From an uncultured Saprospiraceae bacterium (GTDB lineage Bacteria; Bacteroidota; Bacteroidia; Chitinophagales; Saprospiraceae), in contig CAZMKA010000055.1 in the NCBI GenBank assembly GCA_964566605.1, positions 1-14,073 on the forward strand: 14,073 nt of DNA. The letters run 5' to 3'. Shown here piece after piece: positions 6,308 to 13,319 of the stretch. The translations under genes and the position numbers were made by a program. The notes below the pieces were generated by a model that had not been told where the DNA came from, ran no database searches, and worked only from the letters and a program-made list of their open reading frames with translations. Position 1 is the first letter of the stretch; each line of letters starts with the position of its first letter.

Positions 6308-7855
6308 CTACTTCTCAGGTTCACTTGATTCCGTAATAATATTCGTCTCTTTACTATCTTGGTTATCAAGCTTTACCAACGCATCCGGCAAATTCATTCC
6401 GCTTTGTTTCAAGAAGTCATTAAGCTGAGGCATCATACCGTAAAGCCCTTGGACGAAGTTACCTACGCCTTGTCCGCTTCCGTTATCGTACACAACGACT
6501 TTGTCAATTTCTAAGTCCTTTATTGCACCTGTTTGGATTTTAGCCATTTCGGTTAATTTGTCAATCATCAAGTACCCAATTGCACTTTGTGGATCTCCAC
6601 CTGCAGCTTTTACCAAGTCCAAAAATCCTTCTGCTTGTTTCTTCAACAAAGCTTCTTGACCTTGTGCCTCTGCCATATATTTAGCAAGGATTGCATCTGC
6701 TTGACCTTTCGCAATTTCTCTTTGTCTTTCTGCTTCTGCTTGAGCGGCGATTACTGCTTTTTGTTTCTCGATATCTGCTTTTACAACTTCATCGGCTTCC
6801 TTCTTCGCTTTCTCTTTCAATGCTCTTGCAACCTCTGCTGCCTGCTCCGCTTTATACGCTTCCTCCAAGGCTTTTGCCGAGGCAACTTTTCTCGCTGCTG
6901 TTGCTTTTCTTTCAGCCTCTGCAATCTGAATATCTCTTTCTGCATTGGAAGCGGCAACTTTTATGGCTGCTTCGTTTTTCCCTTCGGCTGCATTTGCATT
7001 AAATGCCGCTTCTCCTACTTCCGCTAATGAATTTGCTTCGGCAACTTCTATACGCTGGGACTGCATTGCTTGTGCTTCCCCTATTTCCGCTTTGGAATTG
7101 GCTGCTGCTACATTAATACGCTGTGATCTTGCTGATTCTGCTTCCCCTATCTCTGCTCTCGCATTCGCGTCCGATACTTTGATACGCTGATCTTGTTTCG
7201 CCTCAGCTTCACCAATCGCACCCGTTCTTACCTCATTTGCAACCTTCACTTTCGCATCATTGATCGCTTTTGCCGCAGCTTCCTTACCTAGTGCCATGAT
7301 ATATCCAGACTCATCTTGAATATCCGTAACATTCACATTGATCAGTTCTAGCCCTATCTTATGCAACTCGTCTCCCACATTACTGTATACAGAGTCCACA
7401 AATTTGTCTCTGTCTGTATTCAATTCCTCGATGTCCATGTTCGCAATTACCAATCTCATTTGTCCCATGATGATGTCGTGTGCTAAAGATGTTATTTCGG
7501 GTCTCCCCAAAGCCAACAATCTTTCTGCCGCTGCTAACATGATGTGTGGTTTATTACTTATCCCCACTGTGAATTGTGCAGGTACTGAAACCCGGATGTT
7601 TTGCTTCGATAAAGCATCTTGCAAGTTTACGTCAATCGATAATGGCGTTAAGTCAAGGTACTCGAAATCTTGAATTACTGGCCATACAAAAGCTGCTCCA
7701 CCGGCATAACATTTAGCGGAAGCTTCTCCTCCAGTCTTACCATAAACGACAAGTATTTTATCCGAAGGACATCGCTTGTAACGAGTAAGAAATAAAACAA
7801 CGCATAAGAATAGAACAAAGATAACAAAGCCTATTCCAATTAAAATTAAGTCCAT
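6308..7855 (-). CDS. floT: flotillin-like SPFH/band-7 protein (FloT/YqiK family)
   Basis: 515 aa with an N-terminal TM helix, an SPFH domain, and a long Ala/Glu-rich coiled-coil with the reiterated flotillin motif (AEIGEAEA.RSQRI.VA.ANS, about 4 copies). Located immediately downstream of an NfeD-like gene. Confidence 0.9.
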   Translation of the reverse strand: MDLILIGIGFVIFVLFLCVVLFLTRYKRCPSDKILVVYGKTGGEASAKCYAGGAAFVWPVIQDFEYLDLTPLSIDVNLQDALSKQNIRVSVPAQFTVGISNKPHIMLAAAERLLALGRPEITSLAHDIIMGQMRLVIANMDIEELNTDRDKFVDSVYSNVGDELHKIGLELINVNVTDIQDESGYIMALGKEAAAKAINDAKVKVANEVRTGAIGEAEAKQDQRIKVSDANARAEIGEAESARSQRINVAAANSKAEIGEAQAMQSQRIEVAEANSLAEVGEAAFNANAAEGKNEAAIKVAASNAERDIQIAEAERKATAARKVASAKALEEAYKAEQAAEVARALKEKAKKEADEVVKADIEKQKAVIAAQAEAERQREIAKGQADAILAKYMAEAQGQEALLKKQAEGFLDLVKAAGGDPQSAIGYLMIDKLTEMAKIQTGAIKDLEIDKVVVYDNGSGQGVGNFVQGLYGMMPQLNDFLKQSGMNLPDALVKLDNQDSKETNIITESSEPEK

Positions 7856-7890
7856 AAATTGAGTTTAAAGGTGATAAATTATATGTTTAA

Positions 7891-7910
7891 TTTTGGGCTT
7901 TAAGCCCAAA
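7891..7910. repeat. TTTTGGGC-TTTAA-GCCCAAA hairpin in the 57-nt nfeD-floT intercistronic gap
   Basis: Seen directly in the sequence; 7- to 8-bp stem. Confidence 0.5.
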
Positions 7911-7912
7911 GT

Positions 7913-8446
7913 TTATTCAGGTTTTACAATAACATAGTTATCGTCAACATCAACAACTAAAACAGAAGTTCCTGTAGGGATTTCATCGTTGTTCAATGAT
8001 TTTCCTTTGAATTCTTTCATGCTTTCATTAACAACGACTTGCACAATGCCTTCGCCATCAATAGGGATTTTCAAATACACTTTTCCCATTTTGTCCAATG
8101 TGTCTTCTATAGTATAGGTGTTGAACTCGGTTTGCTTTATTAAAAAGTCGAGTAATTTCGATAAGAGATAGACAATCACTATCCCCACTACAACTCCCAG
8201 AGTTATAGAAACGGTGTTGGACTGATTATATATCAAGCAGATTCGAATAACCCAAGTAGATACAGAAACAAAGGTCAAAATACCTTTGACTAAACCTAAT
8301 CCGCCGCCACCATCCGTGTCAGAATCACCTCCTAAATCAAGATCAAGATCAAAATCAAGACCTCCGAGTAAAGAAAGTAAAAGCATGACAATCATAAGAC
8401 CGCCAGAAAAAACCGAGACCCAAAAAAGAATGCCAAGAATAGTCAT
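7913..8446 (-). CDS. NfeD-like membrane protein (YuaF/YqiJ family, flotillin partner) with C-terminal OB-fold segment
   Basis: 177 aa. N-terminal TM helices and a C-terminal beta-rich segment (GEGIVQVVVNE...TGTSVLVVDVDDNYVIVKPE) typical of the NfeD short form. It is the first gene of an operon with flotillin. Unusual acidic Gly/Asp tract DFDLDLDLGGDSDTDGGGG. Confidence 0.75.
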   Translation of the reverse strand: MTILGILFWVSVFSGGLMIVMLLLSLLGGLDFDLDLDLGGDSDTDGGGGLGLVKGILTFVSVSTWVIRICLIYNQSNTVSITLGVVVGIVIVYLLSKLLDFLIKQTEFNTYTIEDTLDKMGKVYLKIPIDGEGIVQVVVNESMKEFKGKSLNNDEIPTGTSVLVVDVDDNYVIVKPE

Positions 8447-8728
8447 AGTAAGAGTTTTTGCTACAGTACGCTTTCAAAATATATTGTAATCGGCCTGTAT
8501 AAACACTAACGAATATCTACTTGGATAATGTTCCCTGATGGTTTTTGATTCGTCGAGTATCCATCCAGACTTATCGATAAATATAGGAAATAGTAGCAAA
8601 TTAGCTTAGCATTCCTTCCCTTGTCTTGATAATTAATAGAATTTTTAAATAATATTATTCTTTTCATGCAGCGTATTAAAATAGGGTGGTAATTATTAGA
8701 TGTATAAGTTAACCAAAAATTCTATAGT

Positions 8729-9517
8729 ATGAAAAATTCTTGGATATGTTTATTGTTTGTTATTCTGTTCGTCTCTTGTGAAAAAGAAATCGTTAATACT
8801 GCTGGCCCAGTAATAACCCCTCCTAAATTAAGCACTATTTCGCAAGGTGACGCAGACTTGAATCGATTCTTTTATGAAGATGATCTGTTAGTGCTGATGG
8901 AACAAGGTTTTTATAATTATGATCCCGATACAGATTCTTCATGGTATTCAGTTAATTCAACATTTTTCGATTATGAAAATGGGAAATTATCAAAAGTTAC
9001 GAGAGGTTCAAAAGAGATTCTTATTTCATATGCAGGAGATGATATGTTTATTAATGACTTTCATCATGCTAATGCTTTTGATAATCACACATTGATATTT
9101 AAAAATTACAAAAGCAAGGAGGATTTTCAAATTTGGATGCAAGATGCTTTTGGACTTATTTATGTAATGGTAAAAGCAAATTTCGATGATGCTGGAAATT
9201 TTACATATGCAACGGATTTAGATGGTGTAGATATAGAGGAAAGTTATCCAGGAGTGTATTATTTAAGTCAATATTATGGAACACATAGCTACATCGATCA
9301 GCTTCATTTCGCAAAAGCATTTCCGTTAGAAGTTCAATTGTTTTTATATCAGAAGCCTTTTAACTATAGTATTGATGAAGTGGATTGGTCTTATAAAACA
9401 ACAAGTTATTCTTACGAATTTAATGATGAAGGTTTACTGAAAAAGTCGCAAGCTATGACAAAATGGGATGCAGGTTCTGAGCACATTTTTCCTGAAAAAG
9501 TTTATTTTTATGAATAA
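8729..9517 (+). CDS. hypothetical lipoprotein
   Basis: Lipoprotein signal (MKNSWICLLFVILFVSC-EKE), 262 aa, aromatic/Asp-rich, 18 nt upstream of the ECF sigma gene (probably co-transcribed). Confidence 0.7.
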   Translation: MKNSWICLLFVILFVSCEKEIVNTAGPVITPPKLSTISQGDADLNRFFYEDDLLVLMEQGFYNYDPDTDSSWYSVNSTFFDYENGKLSKVTRGSKEILISYAGDDMFINDFHHANAFDNHTLIFKNYKSKEDFQIWMQDAFGLIYVMVKANFDDAGNFTYATDLDGVDIEESYPGVYYLSQYYGTHSYIDQLHFAKAFPLEVQLFLYQKPFNYSIDEVDWSYKTTSYSYEFNDEGLLKKSQAMTKWDAGSEHIFPEKVYFYE

Positions 9518-9535
9518 CACATCTTATTTAAATTC

Positions 9536-10069
9536 ATGATTAGTCAATCGCTCATAAAACGTTGTTTACGAAATGATAGAGTAGGGTATCAAGAATTGTA
9601 TATCAAGACTCTTCCTTGGATCATTAGTTTGTGCAGAAAGTACAATGTTCATGATTCCGATATGGAAGATGTAATTCAAGAGATTTATAGTCAATTGTTT
9701 GTTTCATTAAAGAAGTATAAAACTGACAAAGGCTCTTTCAAATCTTGGTTTATAAAACTAGCTATCAATACGATTTTTAAATCATTTCGAACAAAAAAAA
9801 TCAAGGTCATTTCTATTGATTCTTTAGAAAAAGCTTTTCAAGCTTCTGAAGAGAATGTGGAGGATATCCAATTATTGAATATAGCTTCTTTAGTAAATGA
9901 ATTGCCTCTTGGTTATAAAACCATTTTCAATTTATCAGTTGACGGTTTAGATCACGGTGAGATTTCTGAATATCTAGGTATTTCGAAATCAACATCTAGA
10001 TCGCAACTGGCAAGAGCAAAACAAATGTTGAGAATCAAATTACAAGCATTAAACACAAAAAGATCATGA
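9536..10069 (+). CDS. RNA polymerase sigma-70 factor, ECF subfamily
   Basis: 177 aa. Region-2-like segment (DVIQEIYSQLFVSLKKYKTDKGSFKSWFIKLAIN) and region-4 HTH (LPLGYKTIFNLSVDGLDHGEISEYLGISKSTSRSQLARAKQMLR). Confidence 0.9.
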   Translation: MISQSLIKRCLRNDRVGYQELYIKTLPWIISLCRKYNVHDSDMEDVIQEIYSQLFVSLKKYKTDKGSFKSWFIKLAINTIFKSFRTKKIKVISIDSLEKAFQASEENVEDIQLLNIASLVNELPLGYKTIFNLSVDGLDHGEISEYLGISKSTSRSQLARAKQMLRIKLQALNTKRS

Positions 10070-11298
10070 GTTCATTAAATAATAGAGATTTGGAAAGATT
10101 TTCTTGGGAAAAAATGGCGCCAGGAATAGATGAGAAGATGAAAAAGAAGAAGAAACGAGCATTCTTTTTCAAACTTTTCATTAGCCTTTTATTGGTGTTT
10201 GTGATTGTTGGAATTTCGACTGTGGTATGGTATTCTATGGAAAATCATCAGGATGAAAATAGATTAGAAGCGACCACTAAAACGGAAGATTATGCATATG
10301 GAATTAATTGTGAAGAACAAGAAGAATTGGATAAGGAAGAGAAACACATAGAAGCTCAATTATTTGTAAAACAAGAAACCAATGATGATTTAAGTAATGA
10401 ACGAAGAGCATTGGTCGATGATAATTCTTTTGGGTTAAACCCAAATAAAAATGTTGCAAAAAAGAAAGATAGTTCGTCTAGAGTAAACATCAATATGAAT
10501 AATTCATATGAATCAAATACTACTGTATCCAAAGAATTATCAGTGAAGGATAAAGTCTCTTTTGATAGAAAAAGTAGTGAGAGTGTAATCAATTTTAGAG
10601 GGATTTTAAACGATTCTTCTAGAATTGATTCATTTAAAATTGTCAATGATTCACTTCTTAAGACTTGGGAAATAAATTTCTATAAGCATAAATATGTAAT
10701 ACAAAAGATTGCAGGAATTGACATGATTCCAATGAAACAATTACGCAGGCGTCAATCATTGGAGATTGCATATAATACGAATTACTTGACGAAGCATCCA
10801 CATGAAGCTCGAATAGGAAATGGTCTGAGTTTAGGTTATTCCATACGATTGAAAGGAAATCATTACGTGGGTTTTGAGTATAAATATCAAAGATTAAGGT
10901 ATGATTTTATAAGTTCAATTTATGAAATAGACAGCGAGAATGTACATCAAATGTATAATTTACCATTATTCTATTCGTACAAAAAGAGTATCGCTTCGAC
11001 TGCTTTTTCTATGGAAGTAGGAGCCAATATTAATATTTTCAGACAGTCAACAGGGAAGATAAGTGCAATTGGCAATGAACTTGCAATTATAGATATTCAG
11101 GAAGAAAATTATTTTCGAAATCCTGTTGGAACATCTTTGATAGGTCGAGTAAAAGTTGAACAATATCTTATGAATTCGATAGGTGTGTTTGCTAGACTAG
11201 GAGTAGATTGGACACCAAATAATTGGTATAAGAATGATAATTATACAATTAGTCCAGTCATTTATAATTTGGATTTTGGGACGTATATTTTGTTTTGA
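10066..11298 (+). CDS. membrane protein coupled to the ECF sigma gene (start overlaps sigma stop, ATGA): putative anti-sigma-like anchor with a C-terminal outer-membrane beta-barrel-like domain
   Basis: A 30-aa cytoplasmic N-terminus (MKKKKKR) is followed by a single TM (FFFKLFISLLLVFVIVGISTVVWY). A long K/E/S/N-rich low-complexity linker follows. The C-terminal ~200 aa show alternating-hydrophobic beta-strand patterning and end in an aromatic residue (…GTYILF). Confidence 0.55.
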   Translation: MSSLNNRDLERFSWEKMAPGIDEKMKKKKKRAFFFKLFISLLLVFVIVGISTVVWYSMENHQDENRLEATTKTEDYAYGINCEEQEELDKEEKHIEAQLFVKQETNDDLSNERRALVDDNSFGLNPNKNVAKKKDSSSRVNINMNNSYESNTTVSKELSVKDKVSFDRKSSESVINFRGILNDSSRIDSFKIVNDSLLKTWEINFYKHKYVIQKIAGIDMIPMKQLRRRQSLEIAYNTNYLTKHPHEARIGNGLSLGYSIRLKGNHYVGFEYKYQRLRYDFISSIYEIDSENVHQMYNLPLFYSYKKSIASTAFSMEVGANINIFRQSTGKISAIGNELAIIDIQEENYFRNPVGTSLIGRVKVEQYLMNSIGVFARLGVDWTPNNWYKNDNYTISPVIYNLDFGTYILF

Positions 11299-11326
11299 TC
11301 TTTGTGATAATAGTCTGAGTACAGTT

Positions 11327-11352
11327 AATGCAAGAATAATTTTGCATTTTTG
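11327..11352 (+). terminator. weak rho-independent terminator candidate (ATGCAA-gaataatt-TTGCAT followed by TTTTT)
   Basis: Hairpin plus T-run 30 nt after the 10066..11298 stop. The stem is AT-rich, so it is weak. It overlaps the first annotated ATG of the next ORF. Confidence 0.3.
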
Positions 11353-12876
11353 GAATACAAAGAATCTATTATGCTAAAACTCAAATTCCCTTCTGCCCAA
11401 ACGATTTTATTTATTATAGCTGGCTTAGTTGCTATTATGACTTGGTTGGTTCCAGCCGGGAAATATGATTCCTTGATGTATGATAAGTCATCTAATTCAT
11501 TCACACGTACAAGTATCGATACAAGCTATTCATTAGCAGCTACACAAGCAACACTTGATGATCTTAATATTGCGATTCCACTTAAGAATTTTACTGATGG
11601 AGGAATCTATAAAGCAATAGGAATTCCAGGTACTTACACAAAAGTGGAATCAAACCCACAAGGATTTTTCGAATTTATTAAGTCACCTGTAAAAGGTATA
11701 ATCGCTACTGCTGACATTATATTTTTGGTGCTGATTATTGGAGGGTTGATAGGAATAATGAATAAGACAGGAGCTTTTGATGCAGGCATGTCTTGGTTAG
11801 CAAGTAGTTTAAAGGGAAAAGAATTTGTATTGATTATACTAACTACAACGTTGATCGCAATAGGAGGTACCACCTTTGGTTTAGCAGAAGAGACAATGGC
11901 GTTTTTTCCTATATTGATACCCATATTTCTTGTTGCGGGATATGATGCCTTAGTCGCGGTCGCCAGTATATTTATTGGATCAGCCATAGGAACAATGTGC
12001 TCTACCGTTAATCCGTTTTCCACGATTATTGCTTCTGATGCTGCAGGAATAAATTGGACGACTGGATTCTGGGGAAGGGTCTTTATGTTGATAATTGGCA
12101 CGAGTATATGTATTGCTTATATATTACGTTATGCTGAAAAAGTTAAAAAAGATCCATCGAAATCATTAATCTTTTCGGAAAAGAAACGTATTGAAAAAAT
12201 GTTCCTTCGTACGAATGAAAATGGAGGAAAAGAACTTAAGTTGACGAATAAATTAAGGGCAATATTAGTAGTTTTTACTTTGTGTTTTGTAGTTATGATA
12301 GTAGGTGTGTCAAAGTTGGATTGGTGGTTTGTTGAGATGACGACGACCTTTTTGGTCGGTGCAATTATCATAGGATTCATAGCGCGGATGAAAGAGGCTG
12401 ATTTTTTGGAAGCTTTTACAAAAGGCGCAGGGGATTTACTAGGTGTTGCATTTATAATAGGGATAGCGAGAGGAGTTAGTATATTAATGGATGATGGCGT
12501 GATAAGTGATACGATGTTATACTATGCGAGTGGAATGACAGAAGGAATGAACAAGGGATTATTCGTGAATGTGATGTTAGTCATCTATTCCGGATTATCA
12601 TTTTTTATTCCATCATCGTCGGGAATGGCAGTACTAACTATGCCTATTATGGCACCCTTAGCAGATACAGTAGGAATAGGGCGAGAGATGATTGTAAATA
12701 CGTATCAATATGGAATGGGAATCTTTTATTTCATTAATCCTACGGGTTTGATATTAGCGAGTTTGGCGGTAGTGAAAGTAGGATTTGACAAGTGGTTAAA
12801 ATTTATATGGCCTTTGTTTTTGATATTGGTAGTTACGACTATGATTGTGATGACGGTATTGGTTTATGTTTTTTAA
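11350..12876 (+). CDS. yfcC: YfcC-family transporter (DcuC/YfcC C4-dicarboxylate-carrier-like superfamily); the likely true start is ATG 11371 (MLKLKFPS...)
   Basis: Strong similarity in pattern to E. coli YfcC along most of the length. Examples are KFP...ILF N-terminus, VLIIGGLIGIMNKTGAFDAG, FGLAEETMAFFPILIPIFLVAGYD, VNPFSTIIASDAAGI and YAEKVKKDP. About 12 TM helices. Confidence 0.88.
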   Translation: MEYKESIMLKLKFPSAQTILFIIAGLVAIMTWLVPAGKYDSLMYDKSSNSFTRTSIDTSYSLAATQATLDDLNIAIPLKNFTDGGIYKAIGIPGTYTKVESNPQGFFEFIKSPVKGIIATADIIFLVLIIGGLIGIMNKTGAFDAGMSWLASSLKGKEFVLIILTTTLIAIGGTTFGLAEETMAFFPILIPIFLVAGYDALVAVASIFIGSAIGTMCSTVNPFSTIIASDAAGINWTTGFWGRVFMLIIGTSICIAYILRYAEKVKKDPSKSLIFSEKKRIEKMFLRTNENGGKELKLTNKLRAILVVFTLCFVVMIVGVSKLDWWFVEMTTTFLVGAIIIGFIARMKEADFLEAFTKGAGDLLGVAFIIGIARGVSILMDDGVISDTMLYYASGMTEGMNKGLFVNVMLVIYSGLSFFIPSSSGMAVLTMPIMAPLADTVGIGREMIVNTYQYGMGIFYFINPTGLILASLAVVKVGFDKWLKFIWPLFLILVVTTMIVMTVLVYVF

Positions 12877-13171
12877 TTAATAATGAGGTAATTAATAATG
12901 AGTAATACCGGTGTGGTGTGGGAAAGTTATGTTTTTTAATAATCTACAATTAATGCTACGGTCATTGAGCGCGGTTGAAGTGAGGCGTTTTTTTAATGAA
13001 TAATGAAGTAATGAATAATTAGTAATACCAGTGTTGTTTGGGAACGTTGTATTTTTCAGTAATCTAAAATTAATGCTAAGATCACTAAGCGCAGTCGAAG
13101 TGTGGTTTGGGAACGCTGTGTTTATTACTAATCTACAATGAATACTACGGTCACTGAGCGCAGTCGAAGTG
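12871..13171. repeat. degenerate tandem repeat with a ~118-nt unit: copies A (12871-12989) and B (12990-13103) plus a partial copy C (13104-13171)
   Basis: Each unit has an AT-rich head (TTTTTTAATKAATAATGARGTAATKAATAATKAGTAATACC) and a body (GTGTKGTKTGGGAA.GTT.T.TTT...TAATCTA.AATKAAT.CTA.G.TCA.T.AGCGC.GT.GAAGTG). The copies are about 80% identical. Confidence 0.8.
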
Positions 13172-13187
13172 AGGAAAATGCGAAATT

Positions 13188-13285
13188 ATCATAATTTACC
13201 CCGTATCTGTTACAAAATATCACATAATTTGCCCCTTATTTGTTACAAATGATGTAATAAATTGCCCCTTATTTGTTACAAAATG
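13188..13285. promoter_or_regulatory. three tandem ~33-bp direct repeats (core ATAATTTGCCCCTTATTTGTTACAAAAT), each carrying the palindrome TTTGT-T-ACAAA; putative operator/iteron array upstream of the AAA+ ATPase gene
   Basis: Repeats at 13188-13218, 13219-13251 and 13252-13285, with 31-34 nt periodicity (about 3 helical turns). They end 35 nt before the ATG at 13320. Confidence 0.6.
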
Positions 13286-13319
13286 AATTTCCTATTGTAT
13301 TTTTACATTAAAATATGGT

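Noticed and set aside
6587-7673. Several + strand ORFs (6587..7027, 6691..7002, 6945..7190, 7338..7673) and the apparent nucleotide tandem repeats around 6700-7260
   Set aside because: All are antisense or alternative frames of the flotillin gene. The nucleotide periodicity is explained by the reiterated Ala/Glu-rich flotillin coiled-coil repeats (AEIGEAEA..SQRI), not by a separate repeat element.
8286-8489. + strand 67-aa Pro/Ser/Lys-rich ORF
   Set aside because: It is antisense to the NfeD-like gene. Its composition is the mirror of the acidic Gly/Asp tract on the other strand.
8447-8728. Canonical ECF-type promoter (GGAAC-N16-CGTC) in the divergent intergenic region
   Set aside because: A CGTC lies at 8551-8554 but the appropriately spaced -35 is GTTCC-like rather than GGAAC. 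I could not support a confident promoter call, with or without the Bacteroidetes TTTG/TAnnTTTG consensus.
10356-12380. Minus-strand ORFs 10356..10646, 11634..12101 and 12129..12380
   Set aside because: They are antisense to the ECF-coupled membrane protein gene and to the well-supported yfcC CDS, so they are shadow ORFs.
12871-13285. Possible CRISPR array
   Set aside because: The repeat units are long (~118 nt or ~33 nt), degenerate and contiguous, with no unique spacers. There are no cas genes in the window.
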